From contig JAUCBJ010008954.1 of NCBI GenBank assembly GCA_032718475.1, positions 1 to 64,000 of the forward strand: DNA of 64,000 nucleotides, read 5' to 3'. Below the pieces are notes generated by a model. The model was not told the origin of the DNA and ran no database searches. It was given only the letters and a program-made list of their open reading frames with translations. Positions within the stretch are counted from its first letter, which is position 1. Every line of letters starts with the position of its first letter. A program made the position numbers and the translations under genes. Of this stretch, positions 48,552 to 64,000 are shown in pieces. Source of the stretch: Nemertoderma westbladi (taxonomy: Eukaryota; Animalia; Xenacoelomorpha).

Positions 48552-49597
48552 ATGGTGGAAATCATAAGAGCATGTGGAATACAAGAAGTAATTGTCGCTG
48601 CCATTGGATTGTTAATTTGTGACACAAAAGCTCAGGTACTCTTACCAGATGGGGAAACGGAGTTCTTCTCACTCAATCCTGGCTGGTGTACTGCAAGGTG
48701 AGACATTGGCGCCATTACTATTCATACTTGTACTGGATTATGCTGAGGATGGCGACAAAGGGAGAAGATCTGGGATTCACTTGAACGCAGAAGTAGCAGA
48801 TATCCGGGAACTACTACAGTTACAGACACCAACTTTGCGGATGACATCGCCCTGTTCTCTAATAGGATAGCAGATGCGCAGCTCCTGCTGAATAAAGTAT
48901 GCTGCAGCTAAGGAGGTTGGATTGCATATAAATGCTACCAAGACCGAATTCATGACTTTTAATGTTGATGGAAACTTGACAACAATTAATAATAATCAAC
49001 TAAGGAAGGTTGACGACTTCCAGTACCTTGGATCATGGATAGAGAGTAGCAAAAATGACATAGAAGTTAGGAAAGCAAAGGCTTGCGTAGCTCTATCAAA
49101 AATGGATACCATCTGGAAATCAGATCTCTCCAGGCACCTGAAGACTAAGTTCTTTCGAGCCACAGTGGAAAGTGTATTTTTATATGGGGGTGAGACCTGG
49201 ACACTGACTAAATCACTTGGACAACGAATTGATGGTTGCTACACAAGACTACTAAGGGCAGCCCTAAACATCAGCTGGAGACATGACAACGTGACAACGC
49301 CGAGCCTTATGGTACAATACCACCTGTATCAACCACCTTCCGTGAACGCAGATTAAGATTCAGTGGGCACTGCTGGCGAAGTAAAGACGAGGTTATACCA
49401 GATCTACTTTTCTGGCAACCAACTCATGGAAAGCGTAGTCGTGGACGACCGGCAATAACATATATAGATCAACTCGAAAGGGATACTGAACTTAGGAGAA
49501 ACGAAATTGCGACAACTATGGAGAATCAGGAAGCCTGGAAGGATCTCATTTCCACTGTTCGAGTTCGCTCGACTTAGTAGTAGTAGTAGTAGTAGTA
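48552..49597 (+). mobile_element. 5'-truncated RTE-like LINE, second family
   Basis: GVLQGETLAPLLF, FADDI, DDFQYLGSWI, RLRFSGHCWR, GRP; (TAG)n tail at 49575-49597. Confidence 0.9.
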
Positions 49598-50462
49598 AGC
49601 CCCCTTTAAACGGTTCCGTTTAAAATGAGCTAGCTAACTCAGTTGTTGGAATTCCTATTCAGAATAATAAATGTAATTAAATTAAATTTATTATACAGGC
49701 TAAAAATATTGAAATTGATATACAATCAAAATTCCAATTAGTACCAAACGATGGCAAATTTTATCAGCTATCTGGTGGTAAATAACTCATTTTTTTCAAA
49801 AACTCGAGTTAGCGCCTTTTTATTGCCATGCGATGTATATTTATCTCATAAGTTACTGTTAGTAGCTGGTCTAGTATAGATTACCATGATAAGAACCAGC
49901 ATAGCCCTTTAATTTATAATATGATTTTATTTTTGGAGCTAAAAAATATTTGATTAAAGATTGTTCATCATCGAATCATCGTACAAAATATTTTAAACAA
50001 TATTCACGCGTTTAGGAGTGATAATTCTTGTCCCAAAACAACTTCAAGAACAAACTTATATTGGTGGAGAAACAACCTGTTACCGAAGTAATTATTCTTT
50101 AAAGGAGTCCAGAAATCTGTATTATTCACTACAAATACATATCAACAAAATCTCTATGGTTGAGTAAACTGCGGACAATAAGACCATCCTTTAAAAGGGG
50201 TAGGTAGGAGTAAGGTAGAGAAGGTTGTAAAGGATAGGTTAAACCATTAAAAATTTAAGTCACAAAATATATTTAAATTAAAAAATATAACAAAAGTAAA
50301 ATAATTGTCAATATAGTCTGTTAACATAATATTGTACGTATTAATGATAGAAACTATTAAATAGCACCAAAAGTAATCTTAAAATATTATCAGCACAATT
50401 TCTTAAAACTTTGCAAAGAATGTAACTAAATGTGATTTATTCTATGATTGAGTTTCATTTAA

Positions 50463-51470
<1,008 letters not shown>

Positions 51471-51807
51471 CTAAATAGATTATTAGTAACAGATAATTAA
51501 ATAATCATGGTAATTGTATTTATTACTATTAGAAGTGACAAGGTTTCTTTATATCAAGAAAATAGCAAAAGTTAATTCATAAAGTTATTGACAATTTTCT
51601 CAAAGCCAAGTCAATATATTGACATAGTAAGTCCATAATAATATTTGACTTCGTAAGTCAAGTGAACAATAATTATTCATTTGTAAGTTTATAGGTTTAT
51701 TTTTATTATTTTGAATTATTATAAAATATTTAATAAATATATAAATCAGTTTTACATGATAAAAAAACTGGAATTTATGATATGATAGGGGCACACCATA
51801 CATATTA

Positions 51808-52212
<405 letters not shown>

Positions 52213-52527
52213 TCATAAGTCATAAACCAGGACTCCCCCCCCCCTCCCCCCACCGCATAGAATTTGCCATATTATGGTAGAACGCATGTGGAAGCTATTT
52301 CGCGTTTTCTCATGAACGTTAGTAAAGTAATATTAATGAATTTATTAAACCTAAATGATCCACCAACCCCCCCGAGATTCATTTCGCAGACTATTATTAT
52401 TAAAGCCTGGAACTTCAAAAACTCTGTAGGGACTGTTAGTTTAATATTGTCGACTTTGAGAATTAAAAACTTGACGGAAATAAAACAAAACACATATAAT
52501 AAATAACATTTAATTTGTTAGACTCAC

Positions 52528-54039
52528 CTTATTGAGCAAATCCATATCTGTAAAAACCCACTCATCTTTGGAACTGTTGATTCGGAAATCGCCTTTAAAC
52601 AGCGCATGTAACCCGTAGAGGAAGGAGTCGAGACTTAGTGTCTGGTGCTGGGAAGCAGAACTTAGAGCGCGGCGAGCAACCAAAGCGAGGGCGAAACATA
52701 GGGTAACGCAGAGTTGTGTGGTAGACTGTGTGTCGGAGGGGAAGTCGCAGACGGGGTGAACGGGGGGAGAGGGGTGGTGGGTAGTGGGTGGGACGAGTTG
52801 GGGTGGAGGTGGGGGTGGGACGGGTTGGGGTGGATGTTGGGGTGGGGGTGGAACGGGTTGGGGTGGGAGTTGGACGGGTTGGGGTGGGATAGGGGCGCCG
52901 GGGTGTGGGAGTGGGGTGGTTGGGTGTGGGGAGGAGTTGGGTGGGATAGGGACAGTCTGGTGTATGTGTTGGACGGGATTGGGTGGTGGTGGTGGTGGTG
53001 GTGGGGGTGCGTCATTGTTAGACTGGTCATACAAAGGTGTGCATAGTTCTAGGTCGCCCAGGGAGTCGGATTTTTGAGCGTTAGAAGGTGGAATCAGAGT
53101 GTCAGAGAGTTGCATTTGACTCAAAGTTGGAACGGAATCGGGAAATGGGACAGCCATGGGAATGTTGTGCGGGATGGAGGGTCGAGGTATAGGTGTGTCG
53201 GGACGTGTGCTAGATAAGGCAAACGATGGGGGTGAGGGTGTTTTGGGAGGAGGAGAAGGGGGGATGGGCGTGAGACTAGGGCGGGAATAATGCGGAGCAG
53301 CGGGGGCGGTGGGGACCGCGTTGTCACGGTAACTCGATAGACTTCGAGGGAAGTCCTCGCTATCGAGCATCTCTCGCAATAAACCGGAGGAGTTATCGTC
53401 GTCGTTGCTCCGGGGTTCGGGAGTGGACCCCCGATAGGTCGGGGGGCTGGAGGAGGACTCGCTGGGATTCCGCGAGCCCCTTCCGAGGAAGAAGGACCCC
53501 CGAACTCCGGGCGAAGATCTTTGTTGAGTTCCGCGGGCATCACCTTGCGCCCAAACATCGGCCCTTTCCCGAGCACCACCTTGCGTTTGGCCATCATCTT
53601 GTTCCCAACCATCGCCCATTGACCGGGCATCGCCCTGTGCCCGAGAATCTCCCTGCGTCCGGGTGTCGCCCTGTTTTAAGGAGTCTAACGGATCGGTTTC
53701 CTGTCGACGCGACAAACAGTGATGGATCCACTGGAGGTAAACGAAACAGAACCGTTGCCGGGATATACCGGCCGACCGGCTGTCGTAGTCGTCGTCGATG
53801 TTGGTCGTGAAGCAGGGGTCGCAGTCCACATATGACGGGTCGGCCATCGCCGCAATGGAGGAACGGATTGCCGAGTTGTTCAACCACTCCCGGAGTTTAG
53901 GCGAACCAATAGCGTAGTAGATTACTGACTTTATATAATAACCAACATATATCTTGCGCAATTCAAACACCTGTAACATCGACGCCGCGCTATTATCTAC
54001 TATGCTATATCCTTCCAGTATGTATTTGGTTGCTGTGAC
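52528..54039 (-). CDS. PCNX: Pecanex exon with long Pro/Ser-rich insert
   Basis: KYILEGYSI.DNSAASMLQVFELRK...FLYGLHALFKGDFRI.S.KDEWVF.DMDLL; TAG/GTGAGT boundaries; 504 codons. Confidence 0.92.
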
Positions 54040-54217
54040 CTAAAATAAACAATAAATTATAAATAACTTATTAAACCAGTTATTCAAACAAAACGGTATA
54101 TTATAATAATAACTTTTAATTACCCAAAACACGAACGAAAAGAAAACTATTATTATTGATAAACGTACGAAGAACTCTTATATTTGGACAAAGAGTTACC
54201 AGACCAAGTCTAGTTTA

Positions 54218-54604
<387 letters not shown>

Positions 54605-54689
54605 TTAGTCGGGGTAGGAACGTTATTGATATAACAATATAATAGGGGGATAACTAATATACTAATAAAATAATAATCTTTCATTTTTA

Positions 54690-57864
<3,175 letters not shown>

Positions 57865-58251
57865 GGGTCGATTACGCAAAAAATGGCCAAATTCCAGGTT
57901 AAAATATTTTAAAAAAAATTTTTCGCAAACCCTATCAAACCATACATATTTTGAAAGCCCTTTATGTGCTGATTTCAAATTTCATAGTGGTTCGTTTTTT
58001 CCACCAATAGTAAAGAAGTTATGGACGAAAAACGTATGTCCTGTCGGTAACGATTTGTCTCATATGTAACGCAAGTTTAAACCAATCAGGTAGTCGCTAG
58101 AGTTTAAACTGACCAATCAAATAAGAAATAATTTGGAGGGATTTTATTATGACATAATATCGAAATTATTATGATACAGTTATATGCAATATTACAACAT
58201 ACAATATTACAATATACAATACTGCAATATAAATTATTAAATGCACAACTC

Positions 58252-60531
58252 CTACTGAAACCCGATGAAAAGTTCGTAATCATCCGAATCATCGCCGCTC
58301 ATATCTATTCTACCATCTCCTCTCTCTTCAATCCCATCCACCTCGTCTCCACTCCCATCCACCTCGTCTCCACTCCCATCCACTTCGTCTCCACTCCCAT
58401 CCACCTCGTCTCCACTGCCATCCACCTTGTCTCCACTCCCATCCACTTCGTCTCCACTCCCATCCACCTCGTCTCCACTCCCATCCACCTCGTCTCCACT
58501 CCCATCCACCTCGTCTCCACTCCCATCCACCTCGTCTGCACTCCCATCCACCTCGTCTCCACTCCCATCCACCTCCTTTCCACTCCCATCCACCTCGTCT
58601 CCACTCCCATCCACCTCGTCTCCACTCCAATCCACCTCATCTCCACTCCCATCCACCTCGTCTCCACTCCCATCCACCTCCTTTCCACTCCCATCCACCT
58701 CGTCTCCACTCTCATCCACGTCGTCTCCACTCCCATCCACCTCCTTTCCACTCCCATCCACCTCGTCTCCACTCTCATCCACCTCGTCTCCACTCCCAAC
58801 CTCGTCTCCACTCCCACCCACTTCGTCTCCACTCCCATCCACCTCGTCTCCACTCCAATCCACCTCGTCTCCACTCCCATCCACCTCGTCTCCACTCCCA
58901 TCCACCTCCTTTCTACTCCCATCCACCTCGTCTCCACTCCCATCCACCTCGTCTCCACTCCAATCCACCTCGTCTCCACTCCCATCCACCTCGTCTCCAC
59001 TCCCATCCACCTCCCTTCCACTCCCATCCACCTCGTCTCCACTCTCATCCACCTCGTCTCCACTCCCAACCTCGTCTCCACTCCCACCCACTTCGTCTCC
59101 ACTCCCATCCACCTCGTCTCCACTCCCATCCACCTCGTCACCACACCCATCGTTTTTTTTCACTTCCTTACTGAGCCCCTTCTTGCCAAACAGAACATTC
59201 CATATAATTCCATGCTGAAGGCATCTCAGTTCACAATCATTTAGATTGCAAGACTTCTTCTTCATAATAACAGCAGTAGAGTTGGGGATATATAGCACAT
59301 CGTGACATTTCCCAATGCCAACAACTGGACGTATATTTACCGATTTTAGTGTATTATTCACTTTCCCTATGTCGCCACTTGTATAGGTGATAACTTTTGA
59401 GATTATTCTCGATCGCAACATATCTACCATCCTGCCAAAGGTCGGAGTATCGTCACAAACATGCAGGCTAATGGCGGAATCCAGGGCTCGTTTTGCCGTT
59501 GCTCCTATTCCATCCACCGGGCTCTTCCCGTGTCCAGCCTCCAGATATATCCATTTGCAGTTCTTCTTAATTTCAGTACAATACTTCTGAAATAAGTACA
59601 GAATATACCTATTACGATATTGCGAGGAGGGTGAATCGCTAATTATTGTAACATTTTCAACACACTCGGAGTTGAGTTCAGCCTTCACTTCTTTCATCGC
59701 CTCTCTCATTACCATACGAATACTGGTGAAAACAGCCGCAGCCTTGTGATTTGTATCTTCACTCATAGCAATGTAGGAGGTGGCTTTCTCTTCGTCTCCT
59801 TTCCAAACTAACATTGGATGAAGTGAAACAGATCTTTTATCATAGTAAGCGCTATGTATTTCTCCAGGATTTGGTGCAGCATAATTTTCACTCCAATCGG
59901 CATGAATAATGATACTTCGTTTATCCCGTTTAGCCTTCACACCCTTGATTGCAGAAAACTGCGCCTTAACTCGCTCAATGTGTGCTTTAAGTCCATCCAA
60001 TTCCTTTACTATAATATCAGTAAACGACTTCAAGCGAATAGATCTAGTCACTTTACGCCAGAACCTCTTACCCTTATCGACATCATAATCGTTTATCCAT
60101 TGCTGGACTTCTATGTTCTTGATACTAGAACATTTAATACTCTTTGACCAATTACTATTCTCACGAAATGCGATTTCACAAGCAACACTTCCAGTGGGCA
60201 ATAACTTGGCCGCCACCAAACTTTCTAACATTAACTGGGGATTCACGCAGATAACGCATAAACATGTTCCCCAGTCCGATGCTCTAGGTTGAATCACGTC
60301 GCGTGGCCAGTATCTAGTAAACACCGAGTACGAAATTTCTTTTCCTTTTTCATAAAGAAACCGAGAATGTAAGATACGAAGATTTTCCATTTGATATCGC
60401 AAGGGAACCTCTGACGTTATATGACCGAATCTAACATCAATTGACTTTTTCGACTTATCAGGACACTCTTTTGATACGTCGTCCTGTCTCGCAAAACCCT
60501 CAACCGCTTCACTTTTCTTTCCGTTGAATAT
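58252..60531 (-). CDS. Sola2-type DDD transposase with (GSGDEVD)n tail; start codon unresolved
   Basis: F.RQDDVS..CPDK, CLC..C, HADWSENY, ISDSPSSQYRN, EAGHGKSPVDGIG. The frame is open to 60531 with no ATG there, so an upstream exon is likely. Confidence 0.85.
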   Translation of the reverse strand: MFNGKKSEAVEGFARQDDVSKECPDKSKKSIDVRFGHITSEVPLRYQMENLRILHSRFLYEKGKEISYSVFTRYWPRDVIQPRASDWGTCLCVICVNPQLMLESLVAAKLLPTGSVACEIAFRENSNWSKSIKCSSIKNIEVQQWINDYDVDKGKRFWRKVTRSIRLKSFTDIIVKELDGLKAHIERVKAQFSAIKGVKAKRDKRSIIIHADWSENYAAPNPGEIHSAYYDKRSVSLHPMLVWKGDEEKATSYIAMSEDTNHKAAAVFTSIRMVMREAMKEVKAELNSECVENVTIISDSPSSQYRNRYILYLFQKYCTEIKKNCKWIYLEAGHGKSPVDGIGATAKRALDSAISLHVCDDTPTFGRMVDMLRSRIISKVITYTSGDIGKVNNTLKSVNIRPVVGIGKCHDVLYIPNSTAVIMKKKSCNLNDCELRCLQHGIIWNVLFGKKGLSKEVKKNDGCGDEVDGSGDEVDGSGDEVGGSGDEVGSGDEVDESGDEVDGSGREVDGSGDEVDGSGDEVDWSGDEVDGSGDEVDGSRKEVDGSGDEVDGSGDEVDWSGDEVDGSGDEVGGSGDEVGSGDEVDESGDEVDGSGKEVDGSGDDVDESGDEVDGSGKEVDGSGDEVDGSGDEVDWSGDEVDGSGDEVDGSGKEVDGSGDEVDGSADEVDGSGDEVDGSGDEVDGSGDEVDGSGDEVDGSGDKVDGSGDEVDGSGDEVDGSGDEVDGSGDEVDGIEERGDGRIDMSGDDSDDYELFIGFQ
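58335..59148 (-). repeat. 21-bp coding minisatellite (~39 units)
   Basis: Unit GATGGGAGTGGAGACGAGGTG; length variants are 18 bp (in frame). Confidence 0.95.
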
Positions 60532-60794
60532 TTAGGTAACAACCAGGATATTTATCATAAGTAGCCTATGTCCCAGTATTTTAGTGTCTCAATTAATGTA
60601 TTAAATGAACCCTAACTATTATTTAGCTATACTAATATAACTATAATAGCTTCAGAACAATGAGACCCTGCTTTCCTTTTTAAAATTCCCTCTACTTTAA
60701 CATCAGATTTCATTATTGCATTTTTTTAGCCAATAAGAGGAAAGGAAAATTGTGGTTCAAATAAATATCAACTCTCTAATTTATGTTCTTTTGG

Positions 60795-60935
60795 CGTTAC
60801 ATTTTGCACATGTCTCATCTGTAACGCAAATAATTTGTTTATACATGCGTTACATTTTGGACATGTCTCATCTGTAACGCAAATAATTTGTTTATACATG
60901 CGTTACATTTTGGACATGTCTCATCTGTAACGAAA
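60795..60935. repeat. 53-bp subterminal tandem repeats with internal palindrome in Sola2
   Basis: About 2.6 copies of CGTTACATTTTGGACATGTCTCATCTGTAACG... Confidence 0.8.
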
Positions 60936-61744
60936 GTTTATGCTCATGCATGCGTTACAAGTGAGACAGCGATACAATGCGTTACATACCGTTACATGCA
61001 GGACAACTGTGGACATGCTTAGCAATCTCATTAGGTTAACGTGAAAGCTTGACCTTGTATATCATTAGATAGCGCTTTCAGAAGCGGTATAAATAAACTT
61101 TACATTAAGTAAATCCGATTTGTGGAAGAAAAGTTATTGCAAAAATAAGGGCGTTACAAGATGGACATTTCCAATGACGTTAAAAAACTACTTGGCAAAC
61201 TTTTGGGCATAATTTCTGCTGGACTTATCGATTAGCGTTCATTTGTATATGTATGGATAGCCAATAAAATTATCTTTCGGAAAATACCTTGAAACAAACA
61301 CATTTCACAATAAAAAAATATGTTTCAAAAATGAGCGTTACAACACCTAAAAAATTTATAAAAACGAACATGTAGCATTTTTCATTCCTCAAAAAACAAA
61401 ACTATAAAGAAGTGTACCCCAGTAACGACTAGTACTGGATTGTAGATCATGAAATAAGCTTTTAGCTGATATATAGTTTACTGGAAGTATCTCTTACTGA
61501 CATTTGGTTATGATCGTTTGTATCTCAAAAACTTAGCATCGGACATCGGTCCATTTCGTGCTTGTAATCCAAGGAAAATATATGTCAAATTGCTTAAAAC
61601 CAATGCCAAAAAATGGGCGAAAATTCGCTCTATAGAAATATATATAGGTTTATATGGTTTGGGTTATTTTCTGCTGAGTTATGGCTCATGGAATGGCGAA
61701 ATTACGTCTGACACAATTTTGGCCACTTTTTGCGTAATCTACCC

Positions 61745-64000
61745 TTGGATAGATAGCAGTAAGTAAAGTTGGATAGAAAGCAGTGATGTTGGATAGAAAG
61801 CAGTGCAGTTGGATAGAATGCAATGTTGTTGGATAGAAAGCAGTGCAGTTCGATAGAATGCAATGTTGTTGGATATATAGCAGTGAAGTTGGATAGAAAG
61901 CAGTGATGTTGGATAGAAAGCAGTGCAGTTGGATATAATGCAATGTTGTTGGATAGAAAGCAGTGCAGTTGGATAGAATGCAATGTTGTTGGATAGAAAG
62001 CAGTGCTGTTGGATAGAAAGCAGTAAAGTTGGATAGAAAGCAGTGATGTTGGAAAGAAAGCAGCGATGTTGGATAGAAAGCAATGTTGTTGGATAGAAAG
62101 CAGGGCTGCTGGATAGAAGGCAATGCAGTTGGATGGATAGAAAGCAATGTTGTTGGATAGAAATCAGTGAAGTTGGATGGATAGAAAGAAGTGCTGTTGG
62201 ATAGAAAGCAGTGAAGTTGGATAGAAAGCAGTGATGTTGGATAGAAAGCAGTGCAGTTGGATAATGCAATGTCGTTGGATAGAAAGCAGTGCAGTTGAAT
62301 GGATAGAAAGCAGTGCTGTTGGATAGAAAGCAGTGATGTTGGATAGAAAGCAGTGCTGTTGGATAGAAAGCAATGTTGTTCGATAGAAAGCTATGTTGTT
62401 GGATAGAAAGCAACGATGTTGGATAGAAAGCTGTGACGTTGGATAGAAAGCTGTGACGTTGGATAGAAAGCAATTTTGTTGGATAGAAAGCAGTGATGTT
62501 GGATAGAAAGCAGTGATGTTGGATAGAAGGCAGTGCTGTTGAATAGAAAGCAGTGCTGTTGGATAAAAAGCAATGCAGTTGGATAGAATGCAGTGCTGTT
62601 GGGTAGAAAGCAGTGCAGTTGTTTTTGGATAGAAAGCAGTGATGTTTGATAGAAAGCTGTGACGTTGGATAGAAAGCAATGTTGTTGGATAGAAAGCAGT
62701 GATGTTGGATAGAAAGCAGTGCTATTGGATAGAAAGCAGTGCTGTTGGATAGAAAGCAATGTTGTTCGATAGAAAGCTATGTTGTTGGATAGAAAGCAAC
62801 GATGTTGGATAGAAAGCTGTGACGTTGGATAGAAAGCTGTGACGTTGGATAGAAAGCAATGTTGTTGGATAGAAAGCAGTGATGTTGGATAGAAAGCAGT
62901 GATGTTGGATAGAAGGCAGTGCTGTTGAATAGAAAGCAGTGCTGTTGGATAAAAAGCAATTCAGTTGGATAGAATGCAGTGCTGTTGGGTAGAAAGCAGT
63001 GCAGTTGTTTTTGGATAGAAAGCAGTGATGTTTGATAGAAAGCTGTGACGTTGGATAGAAAGCAATGTTGTTGGATAGAAAGCAGTGATGTTGGATAGAA
63101 AGCAGTGCTGTTGGTTAGAAAGCAGTGATGTTGGTTAGAAATCAGTGCTGTTGGATGGAAGTAGTGATGTTGGATAGAAAGCAATGTTGTTGGATAGAAA
63201 GCTGTGCTGTTGGATAGAAAGCAGTGATGTTGTATAAAGGCAGTGTTGTTTGATAGAGGGCAGTGCTGTTGGATAGAAAGCAGTGATATTGGATAGAAAG
63301 CAGTGACGTTGGATATCAAGCAGTGCTGTTGGATAGAAAGCAGTGATGTTGGATAGAAAGTAGTGCTGTTGGATAGAAAGCTGTGCTGTTGGATAGAAAG
63401 CAGTGCTGTTGGATAGAAAGCAGTGATGTTGGATGGAAAGCAATGTTGTTGGATAGAAAGCAGTGCTGTTGGATAGATAGCAGTGATGTTGGAAAGAAAG
63501 CAGCGATGTTGGATAGAAAGCAGTGCAGTTGGATAGAAAGCAGTGCTGTTGGATAGAAAGCTGTGCTGTTGGATAGAAAGCAGTGATGTTGGATAGAAAG
63601 TAGAGCTGTTGGATAGAAAGCAGTGCAGTATAGAAAGCAGTGATATTGGATAGAAAGCAGTGACGTTGAATATCAAGCAGCGATGTTGGATAAAAAGCAG
63701 TGATGTTGGATAGAAAGCAACGGTGTTGGATAGAAAGCAGTGCAGTTGGATAGAAAGCAGTGCTGTTGGATAGAAAGCAGTGCTGTTGGATAGAAAGCAG
63801 TGATGTTGGATAGAAAGTAGTGCTGTTGGATAGTAAGCAGTGCAGTTGGATAGAAAGCAGTGATATTGGATAGAATGCAGTGACGTTGGATATCAAGCAG
63901 CGATGTTGGATAGAAAGCAGCGATGTTGGATAGAAAGCAGTGATGTTGGATGGAAAGCAATGTTGTTGGATAGAAAGCAGTGCTGTTGGATAGAAAGCAA
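61745..64000. repeat. 20-bp satellite, right part (runs off the window)
   Basis: Same unit as 54846-57864; resumes exactly after the TSD. Confidence 0.97.

Larger units (their letters stand above)
57865..61744 (-). mobile_element. Sola2 DNA transposon (3880 bp)
   Basis: ~27-bp TIRs GGGT[CA]GATTACGCAAAAA[AG]TGGCCAAA, 4-bp TSD TTGG, GRG-type terminus and Sola2-type transposase motifs. Confidence 0.88.

Noticed and set aside
58171-59244. Plus-strand STPIHLV / SSPLPST repeat ORFs
   Set aside because: Alternative frames of the minisatellite; only the minus-strand frame is continuous with the transposase.

Overview
Repeat-rich eukaryotic (most likely invertebrate animal) genomic DNA with spliceosomal introns, GC/CpG-rich exons and AT-rich introns. 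Two conserved host genes lie on the minus strand: a complete six-exon POLE (DNA polymerase epsilon catalytic subunit, ~2250 aa, 12721-27019) and the last five exons of pecanex (50463-54845). There are two orphan plus-strand coding loci (32547-35439; 44130-48092, three ~445-aa repeats). The rest comprises five 20-31-bp satellite families, RTE-like LINE remnants, hAT and TTAA-type non-autonomous elements, a tRNA-derived SINE, a tRNA-Arg-like sequence and two notable transposons. The first is a young BEL/Pao LTR element (1679-10443) with deleted gag-pol, no tRNA-type PBS, a 24-copy hairpin array and an intact extra ORF encoding a WRN/Mut-7-like DEDDy 3'-5' exonuclease plus three CCHC knuckles. 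The second is a Sola2 DNA transposon (57865-61744) whose transposase ends in ~39 GSGDEVD repeats (caspase-3/7 consensus). Both host genes also have satellites grown directly out of a splice site. All family assignments rest on motif recognition by eye; no searches were run.
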